This document shows positions 9,188-19,162 of a stretch of 64,000 bases of DNA, in pieces. The DNA is taken from positions 1,888,001 through 1,952,000 of the forward strand of contig OZ220733.1 of the NCBI GenBank assembly GCA_965116875.1, given 5' to 3'. A program made the translations under genes and the position numbers. Positions within the stretch are counted from its first letter, which is position 1; each line of letters opens with the position of its first letter. Origin of the DNA: Candidatus Latescibacterota bacterium (GTDB taxonomy: Bacteria; Latescibacterota; UBA2968; GCA-2709665). The notes under the pieces are model-generated. The model saw only the letters and a program-made list of their open reading frames with translations. It did not search any database and was not told the DNA's origin.

Positions 9188-9235
9188 TGATATAAAATGT
9201 CGGCAGTTCGAATTATTAGCCGACGTTTGTTGTCA
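9188..9235. promoter_or_regulatory. Inverted repeat, probable AbiEi operator
   Basis: TGATATAAAATGTCGGC-N14-GCCGACGTTTGTTGTCA (13/17 match) immediately upstream of abiEi. Confidence 0.55.
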
Positions 9236-9246
9236 TTTGGCCGCAC

Positions 9247-9558
9247 CTACGTGAGGTCTAACACACGTGGTGAAATCGTCTTCAGTTTCTCTGCCTCAGA
9301 CCGGGTCGCGTGATACAGGTCCCAACGTAGCTGGAGATTCAGCCAGAATGCTGCTGAAACGTTGAAATATCTTCCCAGGCGCAGGGCGGTGCTGGGAGTG
9401 ATACCGCGTCTGCCATTCACCAGTTCGTTGACCCGTTGATAGGGAACATGAATGGCGGTAGCCAATTCGCGCTGCGTTAAACACATTGGGTTCAGAAATT
9501 CCTCCAGTAACATCTCACCCGGATGAGTCGGGACACGATGGGTTGGAATACGTACCAT
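9247..9558 (-). CDS. higA: HigA-family addiction module antitoxin
   Basis: PTHPGEMLLEEFL...RVNELVNGRRGITPSTALRL...FWLNLQLRWDL. GGAGG precedes ATG 9558. Confidence 0.9.
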   Translation of the reverse strand: MVRIPTHRVPTHPGEMLLEEFLNPMCLTQRELATAIHVPYQRVNELVNGRRGITPSTALRLGRYFNVSAAFWLNLQLRWDLYHATRSEAEKLKTISPRVLDLT

Positions 9559-9580
9559 AATCCACACCTCCGATTATTCG

Positions 9581-9598
9581 TTAGTGATAGTCGACGAT
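9581..9598 (-). pseudogene. C-terminal stub of HigB toxin (IVDYH-stop)
   Basis: ATC GTC GAC TAT CAC TAA just upstream of higA; an in-frame TAA lies a few codons further up. Confidence 0.6.
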
Positions 9599-9680
9599 TT
9601 TAGACAGTTGTGATTACTTACAAAACACCTGGATACAGTGGCAAGTTTGAAACCTGCCATTGCAGTAAGGCGTCGGATTC

Positions 9681-9719
9681 GACAAGACCCCGGCGGAATG
9701 GTTCCGTCGGGGTCTTGTC
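9681..9719. terminator. Hairpin downstream of tRNA-Lys
   Basis: GACAAGACCCCGGCGGAA-TGG-TTCCGTCGGGGTCTTGTC. Confidence 0.6.
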
Positions 9720-9755
9720 TTCGTCATCGGACCGTCAGTTGAGACGGCCGAAATC

Positions 9756-9831
9756 TGGTGCGCCCACAGGGAATCGAACCCCGAACCTTCTGATTAAGAG
9801 TCAGCTGCTCTGCCTGTTGAGCTATGGGCGC
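9756..9831 (-). tRNA. tRNA-Lys (CTT)
   Basis: GCGCCCA acceptor stem, TAGCTCA, anticodon arm CTGACT-CTT-AATCAG, GGTTCGATTCC, encoded CCA; 76 nt. Confidence 0.97.
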
Positions 9832-9859
9832 ATTGTCGTGTCAGGAACGTCGCCGGATG

Positions 9860-9885
9860 CGGGCGCCCACAAGGGACGCCCCTAC
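9860..9885 (-). repeat. GTAG-type REP palindrome
   Basis: GTAGGGGCGTCCCTTGTGGGCGCCCG on the minus strand. Confidence 0.65.
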
Positions 9886-10045
9886 ACGGAGAGGGGTCGG
9901 CGACGGGCTGTCGTGTGGCATTGAAAGGATAGCGTAACGCGGGCATTTCGACAAGCTTGCTTCGACAGGCTCAGCACGGGCAATGACCACGCAGCGAGAC
10001 GGGACGTTTCGGCGGATGAATGGTGGCAAATTTCCGGGTCAACAC

Positions 10046-10516
10046 CTACGTCCGAACGTAATCCCCGCTGCGGCCGCCGGTTTTTCTCAGGAGGCGGATG
10101 TCCCGGATGGCCATGTCCTTATCCACGGCCTTGCACATGTCGTAGACGGTCAGCAGCGCCGCGCTCACGGCCGTCAGCGCTTCCATCTCCACGCCGGTCC
10201 TGCCCGTCACGCGGACGCTGGCTTCCGCTTCGATCCGATCCTGTCCCACCTCGAAGCGGATCTCAATGCCCGTGGGATCGACCGGATGGCAGAGCGGAAT
10301 CAGTTCCCACGTCCGTTTCGCCGCCATGATTCCGGCGATCCGGGCGGTTTCCAGCACGTTTCCCTTGGGCAATTCCCCACCGGAAACCAGCCGCGCCGTC
10401 TCCGGCGCCATGACGATTTCGCCGCCCGCGACCGCCTCGCGCCCGGTCACGGCTTTCTCCGTGACGTCCACCATCCTCACGGTCCCATCTTCGGCAATGT
10501 GGGTCAGATTCGCCAT
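10046..10516 (-). CDS. moaC: Cyclic pyranopterin monophosphate synthase
   Basis: MVDVTEK, LIPLCHP, TGVEMEALT, YDMCKAVDK. Confidence 0.95.
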   Translation of the reverse strand: MANLTHIAEDGTVRMVDVTEKAVTGREAVAGGEIVMAPETARLVSGGELPKGNVLETARIAGIMAAKRTWELIPLCHPVDPTGIEIRFEVGQDRIEAEASVRVTGRTGVEMEALTAVSAALLTVYDMCKAVDKDMAIRDIRLLRKTGGRSGDYVRT

Positions 10517-10590
10517 GTCAAATGTATGAAGGATGCTTGAACCTGCAAGTTATTCAGTCAGATGTCTGATAAAGGAAGGCCCTCTCTTCG

Positions 10591-11817
10591 TTACCATTCT
10601 TCCAGCAGCACGACGTCCACCTCCGTGCCCGCCTCGAGCGCTTCGACCTCGGCCTCCACCACGAAGAGGCTGTTCGCGCGGGAAAGCGAAAACAGGTCCG
10701 CCGATCCGTGGTGGCCCACCCAGTCGCTCTCCCAGCATCCGTTGACCTTCCGGGACCGGGCCGGTACGAACTGCTTGCGCCCGGGCGACTGCCGGAACCC
10801 CTGCGCCAGCCTGCCCCGGACCATCGGCCGATGGACCTCGGACACTCGCTGCATCTTTCGAACGGCCGGGCGGACCAGCAGTTCCAGTCCCACCACCGCC
10901 GACACCGGATTTCCCGGAAGCCCGAAGACAAGCTTGTTCCCTCGCGCGCCGAACGTGAGGGGTTTGCCCGGCTTCATCCGGATTCTGTCGAAATAGATCT
11001 CCACGCCGCAGTCTCGCATCGCACCCTGCACGAGGTCGTAAATCCCGGCCGATACGCCCCCGGAAAGCAGGACCACGTCGCACTCGTCCAGGCCGCGGGA
11101 AATAACGGCTTTCAGGGCGTCTTCGTCGTCTTCAACAATGCCCAGATACCGCGTCTGCGCGCCGGATTTGAGCGCCTGCGCCATCATCGAATATCCGTTG
11201 CTGTTCCGGATCTGCCCCTCCGCCGGGTTGTTTCCGGGCTCCACGATCTCGCTGCCGGTGGCGACCACCCCCACTACGGGACGGCGATACACAGGTACGT
11301 CGACCACCCCCACCGCCGCAAGGATTCCAATCTCGGGAGGACGAATCCACGTTCCGGCTTCAAGTACCACCTGATTGCGCCTCACGTCCTCCCCGAGCGG
11401 CGCGACGTTGCGCCCCGGTTCCGTCGGCGCCAGCACCCGCACGCCCTCCCCGTCCCGTTCCGAAACGGTATCTTCCACCATAACGACCGTGTCCGCGCCA
11501 TCGGGCATCGGCGCGCCCGTCATGATTCGGGCCGCCCGACCGGGAGAAACCGTCTCTTGAGGAACGGACCCGGCAGGGATTTCTTCGATCACGTCGAGAA
11601 CGGCCGGTCTTTCCCGGCATGCGTTCGAGACGTCTCCGCCAACCACCGCGTAGCCGTCCATCGTCGCTTTGTCGAACGGCGGCATGTCAATGTCCGACCG
11701 CACCTCTTCCGCAAGCGTACACCCCAGGGCGTCCATCAGGCCGGCGGTCGTCTTGTCGATCGGAGACGTATGCTGAAGGACGAGGTCAATCGCCTCGTCC
11801 ATGGTGATCATATCCAT
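10591..11817 (-). CDS. moeA: Molybdopterin molybdenumtransferase
   Basis: PPFDKATMDGYAV, IMTGAPMP, SGGVSAG, MKPGKP, GLPGNPVS. Start at MDMITMDEA. Confidence 0.95.
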   Translation of the reverse strand: MDMITMDEAIDLVLQHTSPIDKTTAGLMDALGCTLAEEVRSDIDMPPFDKATMDGYAVVGGDVSNACRERPAVLDVIEEIPAGSVPQETVSPGRAARIMTGAPMPDGADTVVMVEDTVSERDGEGVRVLAPTEPGRNVAPLGEDVRRNQVVLEAGTWIRPPEIGILAAVGVVDVPVYRRPVVGVVATGSEIVEPGNNPAEGQIRNSNGYSMMAQALKSGAQTRYLGIVEDDEDALKAVISRGLDECDVVLLSGGVSAGIYDLVQGAMRDCGVEIYFDRIRMKPGKPLTFGARGNKLVFGLPGNPVSAVVGLELLVRPAVRKMQRVSEVHRPMVRGRLAQGFRQSPGRKQFVPARSRKVNGCWESDWVGHHGSADLFSLSRANSLFVVEAEVEALEAGTEVDVVLLEEW

Positions 11818-11939
11818 CGGTGGTCCCCAACAATGTGTAACATCGGTCAATAAATATATATAAACCCCGCACAAATGTCACTTCCAAATGGAATTCGCCA
11901 ACCGGTTCAACGCCAATCGTGTTCTTCCGGGCCCGTGAT

Positions 11940-11968
11940 TTGACATTACCACGTCGAATGCCTACATT
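11940..11968 (+). promoter_or_regulatory. sigma70-type promoter for the SDR gene
   Basis: TTGACA-N17-TACATT. Confidence 0.5.
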
Positions 11969-12121
11969 ATCATCGGACCGAAGCGCTGAATTCCCGGATT
12001 CCGCACAACCGCCACGCGATCGCCGGACTCAGCCCGCGATGACCCGGAAGAGGAAGCCGGTTCCGACCCCGTTTTCGACGCAGCATCCTCATCTTGACGC
12101 ACCTCCGGGGACAAACACGCC

Positions 12122-12859
12122 ATGAAGGATACGCACGTCAAAACCGCCATTATCACGGGCGCGGGCACCGGCATCGGCCGCGCCATCGCAGTTGCCTTCA
12201 GCAATGCAGGCATGAATTGCATCCTGGCCGGACGCCGCGCCGACGTGCTGGAAGAAACCGCAGGGTCAGTTCGCGATTCCGGGACAGAGACGCTGTGCGT
12301 ACAGGCCGACGTCACCTGCAGGGACTCTGTCAAAGCCCTCTCGGACCGGGCCGTCGAGCGTTTCGGGCGTATCGATATCCTGGTAAACAACGCCGGCATC
12401 AACACCCTGCAGCGCGGCCTCAGGGACATATCCGACGAGGACTGGGACCGTGTCGTCGACATCAATCTCACCGGCGCCTTCAACGCGTTCCGGGCTACGA
12501 TGCCGCACATGGAGAAACAGGGCGACGGACTGGTCATCAATATCTCTTCCATGGCCGGCAAACGGTCCGGCATGATCGCGGGCGTTGCCTATTGCGCGTC
12601 CAAGTTTGGAATGGCCGCCCTGAACCAGTCCATCAACGCGGAGTTCCGTGAGACCGGTATCCGGGCCTGCTGCATCTTTCCCGGAGAGGTCGATACGCCC
12701 ATCCTGGATCTTCGCCCCAACCCCGTCTCCGACCAAAAGCGAGCGGCCGCGCTCGCGCCGGAAGACGTCGCCGCCGCCGCGCTGATGGTCGCACAGTTGC
12801 CCGGCCGCGCGATCGTCGAGGAGATCACGATCTTTCCCAGCCGGGTCGTTGAAAAGTAA
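12122..12859 (+). CDS. SDR family oxidoreductase
   Basis: TGAGTGIG, NNAG, YCASK. Confidence 0.92.
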   Translation: MKDTHVKTAIITGAGTGIGRAIAVAFSNAGMNCILAGRRADVLEETAGSVRDSGTETLCVQADVTCRDSVKALSDRAVERFGRIDILVNNAGINTLQRGLRDISDEDWDRVVDINLTGAFNAFRATMPHMEKQGDGLVINISSMAGKRSGMIAGVAYCASKFGMAALNQSINAEFRETGIRACCIFPGEVDTPILDLRPNPVSDQKRAAALAPEDVAAAALMVAQLPGRAIVEEITIFPSRVVEK

Positions 12860-13007
12860 AGGGTTCGATACGCAGGTCAAACCCACGGACGACGCGCATA
12901 TGTCACTGCGCCGCAACAATCTCCTTGTCTACAGTACGCGTTTTTGTTACATTTGTATAACCTATAATAATATAAGATGTTTATAAGCAACGAAGGGTCA
13001 GGTAAAT

Positions 13008-14549
13008 GTGAAGAGCGAAATCGTAATCAACGTAGGGTCGCACGAATCAAGAATTGCCGTTCTGGAAGATGGAAAGCTGGTGGAAATACTCGTCGAATGC
13101 GCCGAGAACGAGCGCATGGTGGGCGATATCTACAAGGGAACCGTATCCGCGGTGCTTCCCGGAATGCAGGCCGCATTTGTGGATATCGGCCTTGAGAAAA
13201 GCGCTTTTCTGCACGCCTCGGACATGCCTGGTTCGCCCGGATCGATGGTGGGACTGAACGATGAAACCCTCGAGGAAATCGACGCGCGAACCCACGTAAA
13301 CGGCAAATCGGTCATCCCCATAGAACAACTCATCCAGAAGGGCCAGGAGGTCCTCGTTCAGGTCAAGAAAGAACCCATTGGCACGAAGGGTCCCAGGGTT
13401 ACGGCGGTACCCTCGCTGCCGGGCCGGTTCATGGTGCTGGTGCCCAACGGGGAGAAGGTGGGCGTTTCCCGGAAGATCACCAACTTACCCGAGAAACGGA
13501 GGCTGAAGGATCTCGGGCGAGACATACGCCCCGAAGGTTATGGCATCATCGTGCGGACCGAAGCCTCCGGCAAGGGCGACCGGGAGATGGTGCGGGACCT
13601 GAAGCAGTTGATGAACGCCTGGTCGCGCATTCAGAAACAGTTCAGGATCGCCGACCCGGTGAGCATATTGCACAAAGAAATGGGCATGACGTCGAGTCTC
13701 ATACGCGACCTGTTTACCGACGACGTGGACCGTCTGGTGGTTGACGCAAAGCAGGAATACAAGAAGATACTGGCATATCTTAAATCGACTTCGCCTCATC
13801 TCCGGGAACGTGTGGAATACCACAGAGACAGCGCGCCTGTCTTCGACGCATTCGGTGTCGAGAGCGAGATCGAGAAATGCTCTGACCGCAAGGTCTGGCT
13901 GAAGGGAGGCGGATACCTGGTACTGGACCACACCGAGGCCCTGGTCGCCATCGACGTGAACAGCGGCCGCTTCGTGGGCCGTTCGAACCAGGAAGAGAAC
14001 GTTTTGAAAATCAACCTGGAGGCCGCCCGTGAAATCGCGCGCCAGCTTCGCCTGCGCGATATCGGGGGCATCATCGTGATCGATTTCATCGACATGGCCA
14101 TCGCCCAGAACCGCAAGAAGGTCGAGAATGAATTCCGGCAGGCCGTACGCCGCGACCGGTCCAGGCCCCGATTTTCGGAAATCAGCGAGTTCGGTCTCAT
14201 GGAGATGACGAGGCAGCGGGTACGGCCGAGCCTTATGTTCACCTTCAGCGAGACCTGTCCCAACTGCCACGGCAGCGGGCGCGTGCCCAGCCGGGAGTCC
14301 ACACTCGCCCGCATCGAGCGGTGGCTCAAGCGGTCCAGGGCCTCATCCGTGGATCGGAGGCTTACCGTACACGTCAACCCCACGGTGGGTGATTTCATCC
14401 TCGAAAACCGGCGCGAACGTCTCAAGAGGCTGCGACGTTCCACCCGGGTCTGGCTGAACGTGGAGAACGACCCCGACCTGTCCGTTGACGGGTACCGGAT
14501 GGTTTCCCGGAAGCGTAACCTGGACATTACGGACAAATTTAAGACTTGA
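13008..14549 (+). CDS. Ribonuclease E/G family
   Basis: GDIYKG, GMQAAFVDIG, AIDVNSG, QLRLRDIGGIIVIDFIDM, CPNCHGSG. Confidence 0.95.
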   Translation: MKSEIVINVGSHESRIAVLEDGKLVEILVECAENERMVGDIYKGTVSAVLPGMQAAFVDIGLEKSAFLHASDMPGSPGSMVGLNDETLEEIDARTHVNGKSVIPIEQLIQKGQEVLVQVKKEPIGTKGPRVTAVPSLPGRFMVLVPNGEKVGVSRKITNLPEKRRLKDLGRDIRPEGYGIIVRTEASGKGDREMVRDLKQLMNAWSRIQKQFRIADPVSILHKEMGMTSSLIRDLFTDDVDRLVVDAKQEYKKILAYLKSTSPHLRERVEYHRDSAPVFDAFGVESEIEKCSDRKVWLKGGGYLVLDHTEALVAIDVNSGRFVGRSNQEENVLKINLEAAREIARQLRLRDIGGIIVIDFIDMAIAQNRKKVENEFRQAVRRDRSRPRFSEISEFGLMEMTRQRVRPSLMFTFSETCPNCHGSGRVPSRESTLARIERWLKRSRASSVDRRLTVHVNPTVGDFILENRRERLKRLRRSTRVWLNVENDPDLSVDGYRMVSRKRNLDITDKFKT

Positions 14550-14574
14550 CAAAACCTCCCGTCTTTGTTACCGT
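14546..14574 (+). promoter_or_regulatory. sigma70-type promoter for rplU-rpmA
   Basis: TTGACA-N17-TACCGT with extended TG, overlapping the RNase E/G stop codon. Confidence 0.55.
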
Positions 14575-14637
14575 TTTCGGCCCGTTTCGCGCCTGAAACG
14601 GCCGGATGCGCCAAATCGAAATGTGGAGGTTTTCTTC

Positions 14638-14949
14638 ATGTACGCCGTTGTGGAAATCGCCGGTCAACAGGTCAAGGTTCAGGAAGGAGATCGCATTCGC
14701 GTCTCCCGGCTGAAGGCCGAAGCCGGTGAATCACTCACCCTGGATCGCGTACTGCTGGTGTCCAAAGACGGCGAAACCAGCATTGGCAGGCCGCAGGTCG
14801 ATGGGGCCGCCGTCGAGGCCAGCGTTCTGGGGCACGGAAAGCACGACAAAATCACAATCTTTAAAATGAAACGCCGAAAGGGCTACCGGCGGAAGAACGG
14901 CCACCGGCAGCCCTTTACGGAACTCCGGATCGACGGCATTTCACCGTAA
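14638..14949 (+). CDS. rplU: 50S ribosomal protein L21
   Basis: MYAVVEIAGQQVKV...KRRKGYRRKNGHRQPFT; GGAGG SD. Confidence 0.97.
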   Translation: MYAVVEIAGQQVKVQEGDRIRVSRLKAEAGESLTLDRVLLVSKDGETSIGRPQVDGAAVEASVLGHGKHDKITIFKMKRRKGYRRKNGHRQPFTELRIDGISP

Positions 14950-15015
14950 ACCGACTCCTGCCGCGGTATCGGGAATTTCACCGATCCGCGCGAGGCAGGG
15001 GAGGAGGGTATCCGT

Positions 15016-15279
15016 ATGGCCCACAAAAAAGGGGTCGGAAGTTCCCGTAACGGTCGCGACAGCCGCGGACAGCGCCTGGGCGTCAAAGTCTTCGGCGGTG
15101 AGTTTGTCACCGCGGGCAGTATCATCGTCCGGCAGCGTGGCACGCGGATCCATCCGGGAAACATGGTACGGCGCGCCAAAGACGATTCGCTTTTTGCCCT
15201 GGTCGACGGCATCGTGACCTTTCAGAATATGTACAAGCACCGGAAGAAGGTCAGCGTCTACCCCTCAGCAGCCCATTGA
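15016..15279 (+). CDS. rpmA: 50S ribosomal protein L27
   Basis: [16 protein letters not shown]...RLGVK...IIVRQRGT. Confidence 0.98.
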   Translation: MAHKKGVGSSRNGRDSRGQRLGVKVFGGEFVTAGSIIVRQRGTRIHPGNMVRRAKDDSLFALVDGIVTFQNMYKHRKKVSVYPSAAH

Positions 15280-15352
15280 AAAAGCCCATCCGGGCTACCT
15301 GCCTGCCAGGACTTCACTGGCAGGCCTGCAGAGCGACTTTATCAACGGACTG
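15269..15352. mobile_element. 84-bp MITE family B, copy 1 (supplies the rpmA stop)
   Basis: Ends CAGCCCATTGAAAAAG / CTTTATCAACGGACTG; near-identical inverted copy at 52271-52354. Confidence 0.8.
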
Positions 15353-15371
15353 ATAGCGGAGTAGCCCGGCA

Positions 15372-16295
15372 TTGAAGATCTCAGTGGTTGGCGCCGGCAA
15401 CGTGGGAGCGACCGCCGCGCAGCATATCGCCGAGCGGGAGTTCGCCCGCGAACTGATTCTGCTCGACGTCGCCGAGGGCATTCCACAGGGTAAGGCCCTG
15501 GACCTTGCCCAGGCGTCGCCGGTGGACCGCTTCGATACCCGGGTTTCGGGTACAAGCGATTCCGACAGCCTGTCCGGTTCGGACATTGTGGTTGTAACCG
15601 CAGGGCTGGCGCGCAAGCCCGGAATGACCCGGGACGACCTGCTGACGACAAACGCCGAAATCGTCGCTTCGGTCTGCGAACGCGTCAAGGAAACAGCGCC
15701 CGATGCCATTGTAATCGTGGTGACGAATCCCCTCGACGCAATGGCGTACGTGGCGCTGAAAGTTACGGAGTTTTCGCCCGCTCGTGTCGTTGGCATGGCG
15801 GGCATTTTGGATTCCGCGCGTTTTCGTTATTTCATCGCCGATGAACTGGACGTTTCCGTGGAAGACGTGACCGCCTTCGTGCTGGGGGGTCACGGCGATT
15901 CCATGGTGCCCCTGCCCCGCTACTCGTCCGTGGCCGGCATTCCGCTTTCCGAATTGCTCGACGAATCCGTCATCGAACGGCTGGTGGAACGCACCCGGAA
16001 CGGCGGCGCCGAAATTGTGGCGCACCTCAAGGCGGGCAGCGCCTTTTACGCGCCCGCTTCCGCCATTGCCGAAATGGTGGCGGCCATCGTCCTGGACAAG
16101 AAGCGCATCCTTCCCTGCGCCGCCTGGCTCACCGGCCAGTACGGCGTCCAGGATCTGTATATGGGCGTTCCCGTGAAGCTGGGTGCTTCCGGCGTAGAGG
16201 AAATCATCGAAATCGGCCTCACGCCGGATGAACGGAATGCGTTTCATTCATCCGCGGAGGCCGTCAGGTCCAGCGTCCACAAACTTGAGCTCTAA
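15372..16295 (+). CDS. mdh: Malate dehydrogenase (LDH-like)
   Basis: [37 protein letters not shown]. Confidence 0.95.
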   Translation: MKISVVGAGNVGATAAQHIAEREFARELILLDVAEGIPQGKALDLAQASPVDRFDTRVSGTSDSDSLSGSDIVVVTAGLARKPGMTRDDLLTTNAEIVASVCERVKETAPDAIVIVVTNPLDAMAYVALKVTEFSPARVVGMAGILDSARFRYFIADELDVSVEDVTAFVLGGHGDSMVPLPRYSSVAGIPLSELLDESVIERLVERTRNGGAEIVAHLKAGSAFYAPASAIAEMVAAIVLDKKRILPCAAWLTGQYGVQDLYMGVPVKLGASGVEEIIEIGLTPDERNAFHSSAEAVRSSVHKLEL

Positions 16296-16339
16296 GAAGA
16301 AAAACCTTCGGCCTACCGATCATCAGGATGCAACTACGG

Positions 16340-16371
16340 CCGGCTCCATGAAAGGAGCCGGTTTCTTTTTT
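16340..16371 (+). terminator. Intrinsic terminator after mdh
   Basis: CCGGCTCC-ATGAAA-GGAGCCGG followed by a T-tract. Confidence 0.75.
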
Positions 16372-16426
16372 GTGCTCCCCAGGATCGGGCGCCTGTTTCT
16401 CTTTCCCGCAGATTCGAATCCGCGGA

Positions 16427-19126
16427 TCAGGATTCCTTCAGGAAATTCCTGAGAACGGTGTGCAGAATGCCTCCGTTCCGATAGTAGTCGATTTCCACTG
16501 GCGTGTCGATACGCACCGTGGCGCTGAACGTCGTGACGGCGCCGTCTTCCGCAGTAGCCGTCACGGTCGCGTCCTGAAGCGGGCGCAGCTCGTCTCCAAT
16601 GCCCTCGACGTCGAACGTCTCTCTGCCGGTGAGCCCCAGCGACTCCGCGCTTTCACCGGGCTTGTACTGCAGCGGCAGGACGCCCATCCCCACCAGATTG
16701 CTGCGATGGATCCGTTCGTAACTTTCCGCGATCGCGGCCCTCACCCCCTGTAGCGCCGGCCCCTTGGCCGCCCAGTCCCGCGACGACCCCGCGCCGTATT
16801 CCTTGCCGGCCAGGACGACCAGCGGCACACCCTCCTGTGCGTATCGCACCGCCGCGTCGTAGATCGGCATTGGTTCCCCCCCGGGCAGATGAACGGTGAC
16901 GCCGCCCTCGGTCCCAGGCGCCAGGCGGTTGCGGATGCGTATATTCGCGAACGTGCCCCGCACCATCACTTCGTGATTGCCCCGCCGGGACCCGTAGGAG
17001 TTGAAGTCCTTCGGCGCCACGCCGCTTTCGATGAGGTACCTTCCCGCCGGACTGTCCACCGCAATGCTGCCCGCGGGTGAAATATGGTCGGTCGTCACCG
17101 AATCTCCCAGCATCACCAGCACCCGCGCGCCGCGAATCTCCCGAACGGGCGCCGGTTCCTCGGTCAGATCCGTGAAGAAGGGCGGCTCCTGCACGTAGGT
17201 GCTGTCCGCGTTCCATGAATAGAGCGCCGCTTCCTGCCCCGCAATGGCGTTCCATGTCTCATTGCCGTCGAATACGTTGCTGTACTGCGTTGCGAACATT
17301 TCCGGCTTCAATGCCTGCGCAATGGTATCCGAGATTTCCTCCTGCGTGGGCCAGATGTCCCTGAGGGAAACCGGATTTCCGTCGGCATCCGTTCCCAATG
17401 GCTCGTTGGCCAGGTCCACGTCAACCCTGCCCGCGAGCGCGTAGGCCACCACAAGGGGCGGAGACGCGAGATAGTTGGCCTTGACGTGCGGGTTCACCCG
17501 GCCCTCGAAGTTCCGGTTGCCGGAGAGCACCGACGCGGCCACGAGGTCGCCTTCGTCAATAGCAGCCACCACGGGCGCCGGCAATGGACCGCTGTTGCCG
17601 ATGCACGTGGTGCATCCGTATCCTACAGTGTGGAACCCGAGGCGTTCCAGGTAGGGCGTCAGCCCGGCCGCGTTCAGGTATTCCGTGACCACGCGCGACC
17701 CCGGCGCCAGGCTCGTTTTTACGTACGAGGGTACCGTCATACCCCGTTCCACCGCCTTCCTGGCGAGAAGCCCCGCGCCGACCATCACCGAGGGATTGCT
17801 CGTGTTCGTGCAACTGGTAATCGCCGCGATCACCACCGCGCCGTGCCCGATTTCGGCCCGGCCATTGGCCGCCACGGTCAGCTTCTTCCCGCGACCCGCC
17901 TCTTCCACGCCGAAACCGTTGTGACCGACGGGTGACGCCAGCGCTCGCTCGAATCCCCGCTTCATGGCGTCCAGCGGCACCCGGTCCTGCGGCCGTTTCG
18001 GCCCGGCCAGGCTCGGCTCCACTGCGCCCAGGTCCATCTCGAGCGTTTCCGTAAAGGCGGGTTCGGGCGTTTCGTCCGTACGGAAAAGACCCTGCGCCCG
18101 GGTATACCGCGCCACCAGGTCCACCTCCTCTTCCGACCTCGCGGTGCGTTCCAGGTATCGCAACGTTTCCGCGTCTACGGGAAAGAATCCCACGGTCGCG
18201 CCGTATTCAGGCGCCATATTCGCAATGGTTGCGCGGTCGGCGAGGCTGATGCCGGACAGCCCGGTACCGTAGAACTCAACGAACTTGCCCACCACTCCTT
18301 TTGCGCGCAGCATCTGGGTAACCGTCAGCGCGAGGTCCGTAGCGGTCGCGCCGTCCGGCAGACTTCCGTACAGCTTGAAGCCCACCACCTCGGGCGTGGC
18401 CATGTAGATTGGCTGCCCCAACATGACCGCCTCGGCCTCGATTCCGCCGACGCCCCAGCCCAGTACGCCCAGGCCGTTGATCATTGTGGTATGCGAGTCC
18501 GTTCCCACCAGGCTGTCCGGAAACGCCGCGCCCGCCTGGCGCACGATGCCCTTCGCGAGGTATTCCAGGTTCACCTGGTGCACAATCCCCGTGGCGGGCG
18601 GCACAACCTTGAACTTCTCGAACGCATTGGCCCCCCACCTCAGAAACTCATACCGCTCGCGGTTCCGCTCAAATTCGATTTCCGCGTTGATGCGCAGCGC
18701 GTCGTGGCGCGCGAAACGGTCGACCTGCACGGAATGGTCGATCACCAGGTCGGCGGGAATCCGGGGCTCTATGCGGCTCGGGTCCTTTCCCATGCGCGCC
18801 ATGGCCGAACGCAGCGCGGCCAGGTCGACCAGGGAGGGTACGCCGGTGAAATCCTGCAAGACCACCCGCGCAGGCATGAAAGGCACCTCCGCCTGTGTGG
18901 GAGCCGCGGCATTCCATCCGGCCAGCCCCGCCGCATCGTCTTCGGACACCAGATATCCGTCCAGATTCCGCAGCGCGGCTTCCAGCAGCACCTTAATGGT
19001 AAAGGGCAATCGCGAAATCGCGCCGACCCCCGCCGCTTCCAGTCGATCCAGTCGATAGATCCAAACGTCGCCGCCGGCCGCGGGCATCCGGTCGCGCAAT
19101 CCGAAGGGGTCCTTGATATTGGCCAT
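16427..19126 (-). CDS. acnA: Aconitate hydratase A
   Basis: [52 protein letters not shown]. Confidence 0.97.
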   Translation of the reverse strand: MANIKDPFGLRDRMPAAGGDVWIYRLDRLEAAGVGAISRLPFTIKVLLEAALRNLDGYLVSEDDAAGLAGWNAAAPTQAEVPFMPARVVLQDFTGVPSLVDLAALRSAMARMGKDPSRIEPRIPADLVIDHSVQVDRFARHDALRINAEIEFERNRERYEFLRWGANAFEKFKVVPPATGIVHQVNLEYLAKGIVRQAGAAFPDSLVGTDSHTTMINGLGVLGWGVGGIEAEAVMLGQPIYMATPEVVGFKLYGSLPDGATATDLALTVTQMLRAKGVVGKFVEFYGTGLSGISLADRATIANMAPEYGATVGFFPVDAETLRYLERTARSEEEVDLVARYTRAQGLFRTDETPEPAFTETLEMDLGAVEPSLAGPKRPQDRVPLDAMKRGFERALASPVGHNGFGVEEAGRGKKLTVAANGRAEIGHGAVVIAAITSCTNTSNPSVMVGAGLLARKAVERGMTVPSYVKTSLAPGSRVVTEYLNAAGLTPYLERLGFHTVGYGCTTCIGNSGPLPAPVVAAIDEGDLVAASVLSGNRNFEGRVNPHVKANYLASPPLVVAYALAGRVDVDLANEPLGTDADGNPVSLRDIWPTQEEISDTIAQALKPEMFATQYSNVFDGNETWNAIAGQEAALYSWNADSTYVQEPPFFTDLTEEPAPVREIRGARVLVMLGDSVTTDHISPAGSIAVDSPAGRYLIESGVAPKDFNSYGSRRGNHEVMVRGTFANIRIRNRLAPGTEGGVTVHLPGGEPMPIYDAAVRYAQEGVPLVVLAGKEYGAGSSRDWAAKGPALQGVRAAIAESYERIHRSNLVGMGVLPLQYKPGESAESLGLTGRETFDVEGIGDELRPLQDATVTATAEDGAVTTFSATVRIDTPVEIDYYRNGGILHTVLRNFLKES

Positions 19127-19162
19127 AGCGAAAATCCTTGAAGAAGCCATCAGCTGAAGGCG

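Noticed and set aside
9861-9877. GCGCCCACA(A)GGGA resembling the tRNA-Lys 3' end (att site)
   Set aside because: It lies on the 5' side of the tRNA and is explained by the GTAG REP. No attR copy or integrase was seen beyond the antitoxins.
11820-12120. Moco riboswitch or ModE box upstream of moeA
   Set aside because: No recognisable consensus by eye; a covariance search would be needed.
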